From: Bugula neritina
Lineage: Eukaryota; Animalia; Bryozoa
Direction of reading: 5' to 3'
Assembly: GCA_964035545.1 (NCBI GenBank)
Contig: OZ037766.1
Location: 24,668,126-24,732,125, forward strand
Length of the DNA: 64,000 nt
Below, in pieces: positions 1 to 25,638 of this stretch; the first letter of the stretch is position 1; each line of letters starts with the position of its first letter. Both the position numbers and the translations under genes were made by a program. The notes beneath the pieces are model-generated. The model did no database searches and had not been told where the DNA came from. It worked only from the letters and a program-made list of their open reading frames with translations.

Positions 1-327
1 TGGTGAAATTAGTTAACAGTAGGTGATGAATTTCAAAACTTTAGTTGATATAATACTGGTGTTGTTGAATTGAGGGTGAAATAGTCTTTATTGCATTTGA
101 CATAAAAAAAAGATTAAATTGCTTTAAAATAAAAACACTAGTGTCAAACACTATTTTTCCAATCTTCTCAAAAAGATTCTTCATTTGATGTTTGAAAATA
201 ATTCCACCAAATGAAGCCACAACCATGATAGTTGTTAATGTAAATCGCCACCACATAAGTGATTATTGTTGTGTTGAAGGCTGATATAAACAACTGTTTG
301 TTTTTGTAAATTCTTATATCAACTACA

Positions 328-605
328 TAGTGTTGAGACTACCAAGTAATCCCTGTGGTGTAATGATTATAATTAAAAGCCCATGCAATGTGCTTGCAAG
401 CAGGGGACTTGGGTTCGAATTCCAGTGGAGGCATATATTTTATACTAACAAGCTTAGGCAGCCTTTAACAACCTGACAACAGGTATGCTGGCTATATAAG
501 TGCATTTACTAAAAGGGTGAAGGTTTGGTGCGTGAATAAAGTCCATGCAGCAGAACCTAACTCAGAAAGTGGATAAATTTGTTGATAATTTAAGTTTAAT
601 CATTT
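328..605 (+). mobile_element. tRNA-derived SINE-like repeat
   Basis: A-box-like TGGTGTAATGA (356-366) and B-box GGTTCGAATTCC (412-423); homologs at 13652-13900 and 33085-33180. Ends approximate. Confidence 0.6.
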
Positions 606-1006
606 CATTTAATTTATTTCTGCACAAAATCAAACTGAGAAAAATTGACAGCAACCAGCTTTCCGCTTCAAAATGCTGAGCTGTCAACAAGTTTAATGAT
701 CGTACAAGATCTATGTCTGATTAATAAAAAAACACTGACAATATGACAGGCTGACCTACGTAGCCTACTCTATAGCCAAAAACTATTATATTCTATAGTT
801 AGCCCCATATTTATTGTTTGACGCACAATTTCGGCTTGCAATTTCCATTAGTTGGTTGTCTATAATTAGCAGGATAACAGTGAAATCCTGATGAATTAGA
901 ATTCTATTTAATGGGGCTTCAAATTAGAATACCATGCAGTCACTTTTGAGAATATATAAGTTCTGGTTTTTAGCACTAAGCTGTTATTCAAATTGAGGAT
1001 TTGAAC

Positions 1007-1050
1007 TATAAAGTGGAACTTTTTGATTCATGCATTTATGAATTTCAGTA
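1007..1050 (+). promoter_or_regulatory. Putative TATA box and Inr-like TCAGT of paralog 1
   Basis: TATAAAG at 1007-1013 and TCAGT at 1045-1049; both conserved upstream of paralogs 2 and 3. Confidence 0.45.
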
Positions 1051-1070
1051 AAGTTTCATCTATCTCTATC

Positions 1071-5790
<4,720 letters not shown>

Positions 5791-7132
5791 TTGATCTACT
5801 GCATGGGCAACGTAGCAATTGTGTTTAATCTATCAAATCAATAGTTAAACCGCAGTTTTTAAGAGCAAAATTGTTTCATTTCCTTAAGCAAGCCATTTTT
5901 GCAATTAGAGCAAGTGACTGTATATTCTAAAACCTAATGTCAATTTGTTAACTCTCTTATCTTTCATCTATTTTTACCAAAACACTTAAACTAGATGTAT
6001 GCAAGTCTTTTTCTTATCTATGATTTAACTTCTATAAATTCTTTCTATTTACATATTACCTTCTTATTATTGTCAGAGCAACTTGTCTTCGGCTTAAATT
6101 GACTAACCAATAAGGATTAGCAACTTTAGTTGGCAGCTGCAGATCAGCCATTTTTATTGCCGACAGCATGAAAGTTTTGCTTTCCACCATTTCTATTGGA
6201 TGAACAAAAACTGAAAAACGAAATGACTTCATTGCAATGCAAGAAATGCTCATCACTACTATAGTGTTACATGTAACTGTTGTTTTATATAGTAACTAGT
6301 GAACTAATACTAATTCTATGTTATACTTGGCATATCCTTTTAATTCTTCCGCATATAATTATATATATCATTTATTACCGCGACTATATATTTTGCATTT
6401 AATTACTACAATAAAGGTGTTGGGAAATTAAAATACGAATGCATTTTTCGTACTCTCAGATATTTAATAAGAGACACTATATATCTAAGAGGCGAGAATA
6501 TAACTGTGAAAGCAATAATATATGTAAGCACTTTGTTATATAGCTTATAATAAAATACTATAGTGGCTTGTTTTTAGGGGGAAAAAACTGTAATTTGAAT
6601 ATAGAATAACACTGTAGCTAATCACATACTACCGTTACCTAGCATTTAATGCTGTATAAATCATGTTCACACTGTTGATATAGTCATGCATTGCATAGAG
6701 ATTTGTGAAAGTTGAGAGTTTTAACGATTATTAGGCCAAGGGTAGCAGCTGAGACAGTACCTATCCTAAACCACATTTGCCTGTCTATTTATTATATATT
6801 TGTGTTTAGGAGAAAAAAAACTCTAAAATACAAAGAGTGTGACTACTTCACGTAAACTTCATGTGTTTCAGATCCAAAGACTATGCACTCTGTCACATGG
6901 GGTCATTGAGTTCATTACATGACCCTTCACACCTTTTGACTTTGCAGTCACTACTACCAAAACTGCTTGGCTTCAAAGCATTGAGATTCAATCAATGTTT
7001 CAGCATTTGACTTTGAAAAAGCAATTTAGTTGCAAGTCTATCAATTCATAATTGCATATACTTACTTTCACTTTTACCTTATTGATACAACTTAGCAGCA
7101 AAATTCTGCTAGACATGTGGATCAGATGTGCC

Positions 7133-7300
7133 TGTTGTGTGTGTGTGTGTGTGGTGTGTGGTGTGTGTGTGTGTGTGTGTGTGCGTGTGCGTGTGCGGTG
7201 TGCGGTGTGTGCTTGTGTGTGTGGTGTGTGCTTGTGTGTGTGGTGTGTGGGTGGGTGTGTGTGTGTGTGCGCGCGCGCGCGCGCATATGACATATATATA
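7133..7300. repeat. Compound (GT)n/(GC)n microsatellite
   Basis: Read directly. Confidence 0.9.
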
Positions 7301-7423
7301 ATAATTGTATCGTGAGATTTTTAAAAAAACAGCGGATAAAAAAGTGCTCAAATTATTATGTGTACAATAATGAGCAATTATATTATTGAGGAAAAGAGCA
7401 ATTTAATTATATAGATGTTGTTT

Positions 7424-7474
7424 TATTGCACTACTAATAGTTTCATGCCTCTTCGGCACTCCTCAGGCACAATA
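7424..7474 (-). ncRNA. Type I hammerhead ribozyme (minimal, Penelope pLTR)
   Basis: - strand reads TATTGTGC-CTGAGGA-GTGCC gaaga GGCAT-GAAA-CTATTAGTA-GTGCAATA. Confidence 0.8.
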
Positions 7475-7729
7475 TTGACGAATTTGAATTTTTACATTAA
7501 GAAAATCAAAATGCTAAACGCAAGGTAAAACGTAACAAAGACATAGCAGTGGCTGTATTGTTATATAGGTTTGTAAGTGTAAATTAATATATAAAAAAAC
7601 CATAATGTAATGTAAAAAACAATTTATAGCATATGCGTGAAGTTTTTGTTGGGTGACTATTCTCTATGGATATTTGTATATTATTTACTATAGTACTTTA
7701 AATATAAATATAAATAGGCTACAGAGTTT

Positions 7730-8323
7730 CTAGGTTTTGTGGTTGCACAGTAAGAATTTTGTTGAGTGTCGGCAGGTTGATAAGAGTTCGTTTCGTTTGT
7801 TTAAAGTACACATGTTAGGTTTGTATAAAATAAAGAAGCATTCCCATAAGCATAAATTACACCTTTTGGTAGTTGTGTTGTATGGTTTCGCTTTTCTTAA
7901 TATTTTCCAGCTTATGTTGTGCTTAATGTTTTTGTTAGTTAGTTGCCAAATGTGTTTGCTAAGTTCTGTTTGATTTGTTTTCTCCTTGTTTTTAAATGAT
8001 GATCTGTGGTTTGCGTATCTTAGTTTGAACGGTCCTTCACTTAGGCCAATGTATGTTGCAGGTTCGTTTTCGGTAGTTTCCACAATTGCTTGGTATATAA
8101 CTCTGCTCTCCTGGCAGTTTCCTTTCAGCGGACAACTTTCTTTTTTTCTACAGTTGCAGTTTTTTCTGGGGGTTTTGTTTTGTTGCTTCTGTTTCTCTAA
8201 TAGTCTGTTATTGTGGGCATTTATGATCTGTTTTTTGTTTGGCATGCAGCTGTAGCTAACCTTTATATTGTTTTTGTTGATTATTTTATAGAGTGGGTGT
8301 TGTTTTGGAAATTCCTCATTCAT
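7730..8323 (-). pseudogene. GIY-YIG endonuclease region of the Penelope-like ORF
   Basis: 197-aa ORF with GIY-YIG motifs; the upstream RT part is disrupted. Confidence 0.85.
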
Positions 8324-8910
8324 GATTTTAAAGAAGATTTTTGCAACTCTTGTGGTTACATGTTGGCTGTATGGTGGATTGTACCAAACAACTTTTCTTT
8401 TTCGGTTTCGAGATTTCTGTTGTGTGTTGTTTGTTTGGGTTCTTGGCAGGAATTGTAGTTGGTGTTTGTAGCCACTTTGGTTTAGGAGGTTTTGGTGGTT
8501 GTAGGTGGATTGTGTGAAAATTTTCTCGTTAGATGATATTGACGACAGTCGTTTATTAACGGACGAGGGTAGGTTGGAGATTATGCTTGCTGGGTGGCTG
8601 GATTTGTTATGAATATACTTAGTAGAATTGTTTGGCTTAGTGTATGGTGTGTAGGTTTTATTGTTTGGGTTGAGCGTGGTGTCTAAGAAGTTAATAATTT
8701 TTTAATTTGCTTCGATTGTTATTTTTAATCCATTTTCAGAAAATATTTTGCAGATGTCCTTTTTTATGTTCTCTATTTCTCTGGGTGTTTTAACGGAGAC
8801 TCCTAAGCCGTCGTCCCTGTACAGGCCGAAGCTTTTGCCATGTTTTAGTGTTATTGAGTTTAAAATGTACGCCCAACTAGTTCGCATGTTTCTGCGCCGT
8901 CATATCTTAT

Positions 8911-9494
<584 letters not shown>

Positions 9495-10616
9495 AATGTT
9501 TTACAAATTTAATTGATGAAATATTTTGTGCTTAAAATTTTTGTTTTCGAAATGAAGCTTCAATGTTGACATAGCAAGCATAACAGTTCGGAAGTCAGGC
9601 ATGAAGAGTAAAAGCTCATTTATATAATTCTCAGATGAAAGTTCTGTGAGATTATTCACCTTTAAAAAAAGTATCAAAATTGAGTTTTATTGTGTTTACT
9701 ATGTTTTACTATAAAATCCAGAAAAACAACTTTTGATCATAAGAAATTTTGCCCACTTTTGACATTGACGTGTATTTCAACACTTTCAAATCTGTTCAGA
9801 CAATATGGATAAAAAGAACTACATATTTTTATTATGAAAATTGTTGCAACAGTTCTCATATAATTATAGCCATGTCTATGGCATGACTTTCTTCATAAAT
9901 TGTTTTCAAAGCTAGAATTGGTGAAAAACATTCACATAAATAAATTTATTCTTTATGGTAATGCAGCTAATGTATCTTTCATGAATTTAAGTGCATATTA
10001 TCTGCTGTTCCATTTTGCAAGAACTGTTGACGCAAATTGTCTGTTTTATATAGTTATACCTAAATTATATTAATGAGTTTCATTTTGCTCATAGCTATTT
10101 TTATATGTGTTCATCATCCAGCATGGTTTTGGTTTTTGCTGTGAAATAGATTTGATAACCATAAATAGTATTTGAGTTACCAGTTTAGCAGATATATACG
10201 TCTGATATTGACCTCTCAAAATTTGATCATCTCGAGTTAATTACTTGTTATATTTAGCTGAATATATAGCAAAATATTTGTATTTCATTTTAAAACATAT
10301 AAAAATTTTACTAAAAGTTATAAATATTATCGGTTTTAAAGTACAAAGTTTGCCGTACTATAAATTATTGTATCATAGCCAATCGAGATTGAATGAGTTA
10401 ATATATGTAATATATTATGTAATATATATGCTATGCAATCACCCTTTCCTATTATGTCTTGAGATGATTGTCTCTATACTAGTGCAAGCATCGCCTTGGC
10501 TACAACTGCAACCTTTAAAACATTGCCGCTGGTTCAGATTACTATAACCATAAAAAGCATAATAATTTTTAACATATGGGTTACCAGTTAATATATAGTT
10601 TCAGAAATACTAACTA

Positions 10617-11745
<1,129 letters not shown>

Positions 11746-12675
11746 GTGTACTACTTTCACTAACGATTCCAAGCTAGTAATGTAAGACCAGAATGTTCTC
11801 TGGAAAAAGTTCTGTGAAATTGCTTGGGATCAAATTTTTCATTTTCAAAATGAAACTTTAATGTTTACACAGTAAATTGGAAAGTTAGAAAGTCATACAT
11901 GTAAGCTAGGTAAAGCGTAAAAGCTGACCTATCTAAATTTCAAATGACATTTTCGTGCATGTGATTATATATTCACCTCTAAAAATATTAGGACTGAGTT
12001 TTATTGTACTCATTGGCTCTCTATAAAGTATAGAAAAGCAATTTTGATAAAAAAGTTTACCCACTTTTGACATTCATGTATATTTCAGCATTCTAATGTA
12101 TGCTCAGACAATGTGGATAAAAGTAAGTGCGCATATTTTTGTTATTAACATTATTGCAAGATTTCTCATATATTATATAAATCTCTCCAACATAAGTTAT
12201 CATATAATTACAACCACATCTTTATAAATTATTTTTACCACCAGAACTGGTGTAAACACGTTAAAACAAATAACTTTATCTTTTTATGGTAATGCAGCTA
12301 ATGTATCTTTCATGAATGCAAGTGTTTATCTATTCCATGTTGCAGACCGATTGACGGTTGACGCAAGTTGTCTGTTTTATATAGTTATACCTAAATTATA
12401 ATAATATTTTTCATTTTGCTCATATAGCTATATTTATATGCGTTATATCATCCATTATTGGTTTTTGGTCTTTGCTATGAAATAGATTTGATAACCATAA
12501 ATAGTATTTACATCATTGGTTTAGCAGATATAAACGTTTGTTAAAGTGGCTTTCAAAATTTGATCAGCACACATTTTTGTGGTCAGTTAGCCTAAATAGC
12601 AAAGAATTTATATTTTTATTCTAGAACCTAAAAGTTTTATTAAAAAGAATAATAAAACTCACACAAGTTTATAGT

Positions 12676-12868
12676 CCATATCCTTGTGAGAAACCCCTGA
12701 TGGAAAAGGCTTTTGTTAGAACGAGCTATAAGGACTTGTTCAAATGAGGCACAGGAGCAATTTCCACTGGATGCTCTTTATAACATCACTAATGGCCTTT
12801 GTTGGGTTTAAACCCATGACTTCGTGTTCACAAAGTGAACGCTTTAACCCCTAGGCCACTTCTGCTCC
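12676..12868 (-). mobile_element. tRNA-derived SINE, possibly Meta-domain type
   Basis: - strand has A-box TGGCCTAGGGG and B-box GGTTTAAACCC, followed by AAGAGCATCCAG..AAATTGCTCC; family assignment is from memory and tentative. Confidence 0.55.
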
Positions 12869-13066
12869 TTAATAATGAAGCATATTAATTATTTGTTTCA
12901 AATTTCAAAATTTGCACTAAAAATGATTATATCATAACAGCTGGAGATTGATGAGTTATTGAATGTTCTTTAATAAGAAATACCTCAAGTCACACAAATT
13001 AACTCGATAATTAAGCTATAAAAATACTGTAAATTAATTCTATCATGCTTTCTTCATTAAACAATA

Positions 13067-13300
13067 GGGGTAAGAGGAGGGGGGCAGAAATTGACCGAGG
13101 TTTGAATTTTTTGTTCTCATTCGTCTGTTTTCAAGTTACTAGTTCAATAATCTCTAATCTAAATGCTACACCAGTTGTCTTTTATAGGTATCAATTGGTT
13201 GTTTCTATCTATTTCACAAACTTTAGAATAACAAAATTTTCATGACAAAAAATTGGCTCGCACATTGTGCCCCATCGGCACAATGGGCTGCACGTAAGCT
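13067..13300. mobile_element. Decayed left-end fragment of the same TIR family as 24106-25422
   Basis: Shares GGGGTAA..., CTCATTCGTCTG, TTTTCAAGTTACTAGTTCAATAAT and the CATTGTGCCCC/GGCACAATGGGC motifs. Confidence 0.7.
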
Positions 13301-13651
13301 CCAATATGAATTTATTTCGGTATATATTTTTGCAAGATGTTGTTTAACAACATATTATGTGCATTGAATTGAGTCATGAAACAGTTTTATTGTATTTTGA
13401 CAAGGCAAATTCACAATTGTGCTAATGTAAAAGCATTGTACATAAAAAGAAGATTAAATTGCTTTAAACTAAAAACACTAGTGTCAAACATTATGTTGCC
13501 AATCTTCTGAAAGAAATTCTTCATTTGATGTTTTGAAATAGTAACAGGGAATGAAACCACAACTGCAAATCCAACTACAGAGTGATTATTGTTGGGTTGA
13601 AGACTGATATAAACAACTTTTTATTTTTGTAAATTCTTATACCAATTAAAA

Positions 13652-13900
13652 TTACCCAGTAGCCATGGTGTAATGATTATAGCGAGCCCATGTTTGCAAG
13701 CAAGTAGACTTGGGTTCGAATCCCAATGGGGGCATATATTTTATACCAACAAGCCTAGGCAGTCTTCAACAAGATAACAACACCTATGTTGGTTATATAA
13801 GTGCATTTACTAAAAGGGCAATAGTTTGGTGCGTGAATATAGTCCAGCAAAGCCTAACTCACAATGTGGATAATTTGTTGATAACTTAAGTTCAATCATT
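13652..13900 (+). mobile_element. tRNA-derived SINE-like repeat (paralog of 328-605)
   Basis: TGGTGTAATGA ... GGGTTCGAATCCC; lies within the duplicated upstream block. Confidence 0.6.
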
Positions 13901-14307
13901 TTTTAAATAGTCACGCAAAGATATACACAAAATCAAACTGAAAAAATTGACAGCAACCAGCTTTACACTTCAAAATGTTGAGCTGTCAACAAGTTTAATG
14001 ATCTTACAAGATCTATGTCTGATTAATAAAAAAACACTGACAATATGACAGGCTGACCTACGTAGCCTACTCTATAGCCAAAACTATTATATTCTATAGT
14101 TAGCCTCATATTTATTGTTTGACGTACAATTTCGGCTTGCAATTTCCATTACTTGGTTGTCTAAAATTAGCAGGATAACAGTGAAATCCTAATGAATTAG
14201 AATTCTATTTAATGGGGCTTCAAATTAGAATACCATGCAGTCACTTCTGAGAATATATAAGTTCTGGTTTTTAGCACTGAGCTGTACTTCAAATTGAGGA
14301 TTTGAAT

Positions 14308-14351
14308 TATAAAGTGGAACTTTTTGATTCATGCATTTATGAATTTCAGTA
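14308..14351 (+). promoter_or_regulatory. Putative TATA box/Inr of paralog 2
   Basis: Same motifs and spacing as paralog 1. Confidence 0.45.
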
Positions 14352-14371
14352 AAGTTTCATCTATCTCTATC

Positions 14372-18970
<4,599 letters not shown>

Positions 18971-21900
18971 TTGATTCACATGCCAATTACACAGTTTGGG
19001 TTTAATCAATCAAATAAGTAATTGAAATTCAATTTAAAAGCAAAACAAATATTTCTTTTTTAAACAGGTTTTCTTGCAGATATCAGTACGGGAGATGGTT
19101 TATCCTAGAAAAACAAATTTAAATGTATCTTAGTCTTATTATACTTGCATATTTTTAAAAGTACTTTTTAAATCAGAATGTGCAAGTATTTGCCTCATAT
19201 GCGATAGTTTCTAATACTCATAATTACTAGAGCAATTGGTCTTCAGCTCTTGTTCAACCAATATAAAGAATTAGGAACTCTGGTTAGTAGCTGCAGATCA
19301 GCCATTTTTATTGCTGACATCATGAAAGTTTTGGCTTGAATTTGTGTTTGCCTTCCATTATTTTCATTGGCTGAATGAAAGCTGAAAGACTAAATGACTG
19401 CATTAATTCAATGCATGAATTGCTCATCACTACTATAGTTATATATCTATATATAGCAAATATATATTATAGTAAACTGATACTTATTTTATGTTTTGGC
19501 TTATCATATAGCTTATATATGTAGAACATATGTGCCACCATATGTTCTGCATATATATCTTTCATTAGCACAGCCATACATACATGTTGCATCTTATTAC
19601 TAAAATACAGCTGTTTGATGGTAGAAAATGTAGTTGTTTCTTTACTCCCGGATATTAAATAATATAAAAGCTTTATCAAAGCACATGAGAATATAACTGT
19701 GAGAACAATAATTCCAGTAAACAATTTAGAGCTAATATTTAAAGACTAGCAAAGAAATTGTAGCTCAACCTTTTGAAAATTTACCATTTGAATATATCGA
19801 ATCATCTTGTCATGGCTAATGAGATTTGAGAATTACATGTACTACCCTTTCCTACAAACATCTCATACTACATAAATCACGTTTACACAGTTGGTACACT
19901 CATGCCGTGTAGAGGTCTGTGAAGGGTAAAGTCTTTCTATATAATAATAACTGAGAATTGAGACTAGTCTTAGCTAGTAATCCAAGCCGCATCTTTCTGT
20001 GTGTATATATACTAGCAACTTGTATTCAGGAGAAAGCAACTCTAACGTGCGACAGGCTAGACCAATTCATATAACTTTCATGCCGGAAGCACACCCGTGT
20101 TTATAAGATTCTATAATGTATAGTCCTAAACACAACTTCGATAAAACAATGCCTGATCAGTTATAGAAGCAAAGCTTCTACATAAGCACTAAAACACACA
20201 TATGTTCGAGTTTGGTTCATTCATTGACTGCTAATTTACTTTATATCTATAATAAATATTTAAGGCTGTGCTTTAAGTCCTAAAACTGTGCACCCTATCA
20301 CACAGTGTCATTGATGTCATTGCATAACTCTCCACATCTGCTTACATTGCAGTCACTACTGCCAAAAACTAGGCTTCAGTGCATTAAAATTTGAATGATT
20401 CATTAGCGTTTGTACAAGGTATATAGTTAAAGTTGCAACGCTACCACTTCATAGTGTGCTCTCACTTTACCTTTAAAACAGGAAAATAATTTGGAATCAT
20501 TCAGTTCAAATAAACTTGAGAAGAAGTTGTTCCACTGAAGCAGTGATAATATGTTTGACATAACGTTGCAAATGTGTTGTTTGTACGTGGTATTTGTTTG
20601 TTATGTTTGAGTATTGTGTGTGGGTGTGTGTGGGTGTGTGTGGGTGTGTGTGGGTGTTTATATCTTAGACCAGTAAAGCCATGTTGCATGTTATGGCAGA
20701 CATGGCAAGCCATGTTGATATAGAATGGTGGCTAACACATTTAGAAATTTGGCTTATTTCAACCTATAACTGCAGCAACAAAAACATTCAATATTTTAAG
20801 TAATTAATGTTATTGTAATGCTACTGTTTTTACAGAAGATTTTATTAAAGCACAGAGTTTACATACAATAAAGCCTCTTTCAATTTTGCTGCTTTTTACT
20901 TTTATTAAAAATTAATTTTGCATAAATATATTATAAATATTCAAACATATAAAAATTATCCAATTGCGGTATGTTTGGGTTTAATAAAAAACTATCAAAA
21001 CTTTTGCTAGTTATAGAAATTGTAAGACTACTTGCTGATTTTGTTGTTCTTGGAGTTATGACACCTTAGATTTTGGTATAGATGAAAAACTTTGTGATAG
21101 CCATGAGAACTGAGTGCATATGAGCAGTTGAGAACTTAGGACTCTCGTCTGAACCTGATGATTTGGGTTAATATTACAATTGCTGCATCAACTTCACTGC
21201 ATAAAAACTGACAGTTTGTCACATCTGCATGTGTCTGTGTAAATTCAAAAAATTGTTAACTATATGTATGTTTTAAAGAATTTATGAGCATAGATGTGGC
21301 ACATATAATAGCTACTATAAACATTATTACTACTAGCATCTCACTAGCCATCTAAAAACACAAAACTTTAGTGAAATTTGCTAGTTTTACAACCAATCTT
21401 GCAAAGGTATCCATTTCAACGTTGCTTTTCTGAATATACTGTGCTTTGACCTTAAACTTGAGATTGAAATAGAAAATGAACTGTTGAAAGTGAATAATAA
21501 AAACACGCCAATGGGAGTAATTGAACATAATGATCACCATCCAAAGAGCTGGTTTTGAAATCTTTTCAAGAATTCCGTGTGTTTTATTCACATTAAAACT
21601 ATTCACACTTTTTTCTGTTAACATGATGTATATGCTTTAAGATGTACATATCTAGCTCTTATACACTTATCTATTTTATATACTTTAGTAAGACAAAAGT
21701 ATATAGAAAAGCATAGATCCATTGGAGTTACCCATATTATACAGTTGACAGTTGGTATATGTGTTGAAAGTGAAAGACCCATCAGCTAATTTGATCATCT
21801 ATTTATTGTATTTAGTATTTTTTATAACAACTTTTCTGGTTCTTGTAAGTGACTTCAATATAATGGTACTGTGCTCTGCACATTGCCTAGGTAATCTAGA

Positions 21901-24043
21901 CTGAGCTGTTCAACTGTATTGCTTTCTTATCATATCTGTACTTTTCAAGAGAACATGAAATCAATGCTTTTTAAAAACTTTTACACTACAATTATAAGCC
22001 ATGGATCTTTACTTAATTTTGCTTTCTGATAAGTTGATGGTTTGATTTATACATTGCAGCAAGCAAATTGAAGGTGTATATTTTTATAAGTATTTTGTCA
22101 CAAACCCACACACACACTTACAGTATATCTAATAAAGATATAGCAAAGTTATTGAATTTTGAAGATCTGTTTTATAACATATTTAAAACAAAAGAAAAAT
22201 GTTATTGTAATTTGCAATGTAAATAATTACTCTGTGGAAGTATATTACTGTTTTGTAAGATATATAACATTTGATTTTGGGCTATAGTGAGTTAATCTAG
22301 GTAGCAGTTTATCACCTGTTTTAGCAATATTTGGCAGTCTATATAAGCTGTTATTTTAAGAGATATTGGCTATTTAGTTTCAGTATCCCGTATAACATAA
22401 CCTAAGAATTATATAGGGCAGATGGGGATAGCACCCAAACTTTTTCAATATCCAAGTCTATAGTAATTACATCTGTCTCATCAACAATTATTTTGAAAAC
22501 ATGATAGTCTAGACTACAGTCTACAATCACTTAACTAATGATAAATAATTAAACATGCTCACTATTATAGCTTTTCTGGAAGACTGAAACTCATATATAA
22601 AACTAAAGTTGAATTTCTGTGGAAAATTAAGATGCACACTGCTACAAACATCATTGCTGAAATATTGTATGGCATATGTCGTCACAGCTTGAGCTGAAAG
22701 GTATTGCATTACCTTTCAGCTCATGACTGCATGACTTCATGAAGTCATGCATGCTATATAAGATATCAAAGCTGATCTGCGTATAGCTGTCAAAAGAAAG
22801 TATCTTATGTTTGTTTATATTCACTGCTTTTTCAATCAGAACTGAGTTCCGGAATGTGTTTACTAATTTTGCTATATAATATAAAAAATCAACTTTGATG
22901 AGAAATTTCTCCCACTTTTGACAGTTATGCAAATTTCAACACTCTTATGTCTGCTCAGACAATATAGATACAAATTACTACATATTTTTGTTGTTGACAT
23001 TACTGCAAAAATTCTCATATTATATGATTATAACCATATCTATAGTATGATTTTCTTCATAAATTATTATCACAGCCAACAACTAGTGGTTAAACAATTA
23101 AAAATTCCTTTTTATGTTTTAATGATAATGCTGCTAATATATCTTCCATGAATGCAGGTGGTCAGCTTTTCCTTGTTTCAGGAACTTTTGACACAATTTG
23201 CCTATGTTGTTTATAGCTATACCAATCATAATAATTTTATTTCATTCATAACCACTGCTATATGGATTATATATTATGCTGTTTTGTTTTGATGTTTGCT
23301 GTGCAAAAGATTTGATGACTATGAATAATACTTTCCTTATTGGTCTAGCAGCAGTGTAAGTTGGTTAATTATTAAAAATTTTATTGGTTTATTGGTTATT
23401 TTTTATTTATATGCTGAATAGTAAAAAAATATTTTTAAAAGTGTAATAATTAATAGTTTCAAAGTGCAAAAATGTTGGTGTAATGGCCGGTAGAGATTGG
23501 ATGAGTGAATGAGTGCTTGTAAATAAAAAACATCCAAGTATTGAGCTGAAAAGTGGCTTTTCTCATTAGGCAGTAGTAAACAGGTAAAACTAATTTCAAA
23601 GTTCATCAGCTTCAAAACAACTAGTTTGGTGCAAAATTTACACAACCTCACTGATGCAATAATAGCTTATAATATAGTTAATTCAAAATTAAGCTATTTT
23701 CTTGACTAATAAGATAATGCCTCAGCAAGATTTTACTGTTACAAAAAGACTCTTACTATATACTTTCAGAAAAAGATAATGTACACCATGCAACCCCCTC
23801 TTTTAAAAAGCTAGCATTTTTCAGAGAAACATTTATACAAGGCTCATAAACTTTATTATTCAAACATTAACAAAAGTTTAGTTCTTTATTCCTAAATTAC
23901 ACGCTTCTCATTATCAAATTTTTCTGTTCCCTCTTTCTTTACCTCTACAGGTCAAGGGATTGCTTGTTACTGGGAGTCTGTGGTATGTAAGAGCAAGTTA
24001 AAACCTGATCTCAAAAAATCTGAAAATCTGTCTATATATATAT

Positions 24044-24104
<61 letters not shown>

Positions 24105-24105
24105 A

Positions 24106-25422
24106 GGGGTAACGGGGGCACAACGGGCCGAATTTTGCATTTTTTGCTCTCATTCGTCTGATTTTCAAGTTACTAGTTCAATAATATCTAGTCTTAATGC
24201 TGCATTTGTTGCCTATTAAAGATATCAGTTTGTTGTCTCTATCCCTTTCACAACTTTCAGAATAATGACATTTTCATGATGAAAAAATCGGCCCATTGTG
24301 CCCCGGTACCGGGGTACAATGGGCCACTGGGTGGAACACAACAAATATATTGAAAATTTGCGGATTTTGTTGCATCTGATCTTTATTTATTTAATATTAC
24401 AAATAAATAAAAATATTCTTTCAGATCTAAAGCAAAATTCATGTTTTAGCTGTACAGTTTGTGCCACCACGGACAGCAGAGGAAGGCAAAATCAAACGCA
24501 CGTCACTCGGTTCTACGTTGCCATTGTCATTACTGTTTAGAACTAAAATTGTTTTTTATTTACACTTCAAAAAAACTTTTATCAGAAAAAAAAACTTTAG
24601 TAACATGTACTACAAAATTCTGAGTGGACTTTTTTTATGAACTGTAGTTAAGGTGCATGGCTTCGGTTTGTGGCTGGAGTACGGAAGGGAGAGGGGGGAG
24701 CGAATAAGCAAATCATAATTTATTTTAGTCAAATACATGTATATTCCCTCAATGGTGTAATATATAATGATTATCATGACTATCTACTAGTAGCAACAGC
24801 AGAGTGCTTTGTATTATGTATAAAATAGCAAAGCTTTAACCTCACCAGTTAAAATATTAAGGGAGCGTCACCTTGTAGTTTTGTAGTCTTATCATGATGT
24901 CTTTGATATTTTACAAAAAGGTCAGAGATGGTTATATCTATGGATTTTAGTAACATTTTAACCAACTTTTTGGGCAAACAAACTAATAACAGTGATCAGG
25001 GTATAATAATCAGGTGGCCCATTGTGCCCCGGTCATTGTGGCCCATTGTGCCCCGGATGGCCAAATTGAACATAAATGTGCCTCAAGGAAAATTTATTTC
25101 AGAGTTTGTTGTTATACTAGTTGGACAATGTAGAGACAAACAATAGCAACAATACCAGTAAAATCTGGACTTGTTGCCTTTGAGTGTAAAAAGTTATAAA
25201 GGTTTAACGACATCTTGAAAATTTTACAAAAAGTAGGTAAAAACAGTTTTTCACTCACCTTTTCAACCTGTATGTTCCGCAAGTGTTGAAACTACAATGG
25301 CTGAATATTTATGTCAATACCTTTCTATGAAAAAAAAATCACAACTCTATGTCAATAAGTTCTCTCACAATTTAGCCGGCTTTTTGTACCCCTTTTACCG
25401 TTGTGCCCCCCCCCGTTACCCC
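24106..25422. mobile_element. Non-autonomous TIR DNA transposon (1.3 kb) inserted in (TA)n; superfamily not assigned
   Basis: Termini GGGGTAACGGGGGCACAACGG ... CCGTTGTGCCCCCCCCCGTTACCCC; internal repeats of GGCCCATTGTGCCCCGG near 24291, 24309 (inverted), 25016 and 25041; no transposase ORF. Confidence 0.85.
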
Positions 25423-25458
25423 TATATATATATATATATGTATATATGTATATATGTA

Positions 25459-25517
<59 letters not shown>

Positions 25518-25538
25518 GTATATATATGTATATATGTA

Positions 25539-25638
<100 letters not shown>

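Larger units (their letters stand above)
7300..8910 (-). mobile_element. Penelope-like retroelement, 5'-truncated (RT C-terminal part + GIY-YIG endonuclease + 3' pLTR with hammerhead)
   Basis: RT motifs [11 protein letters not shown] and GLYRDDGL; ORF 7730-8323 has VIYQ...YIGLSE...RYANH, CNC..CP and CNLC. Frameshift near 8870 and stop at 8702-8704. Bounded by microsatellites. Confidence 0.9.

Noticed and set aside
41-256. 71-aa ORF with hydrophobic N-terminus, and other short AT-rich ORFs
   Set aside because: The paralogous DNA at ~13430-13600 does not preserve the start or frame; no recognisable motifs.
21155-21175. Other CTGATGA hits (e.g. ~888, 21155, 47009, 50576, 52984, and - strand ~23603, ~26187)
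   Set aside because: No paired stem II followed by GAAA and no stem I/III; not hammerheads.
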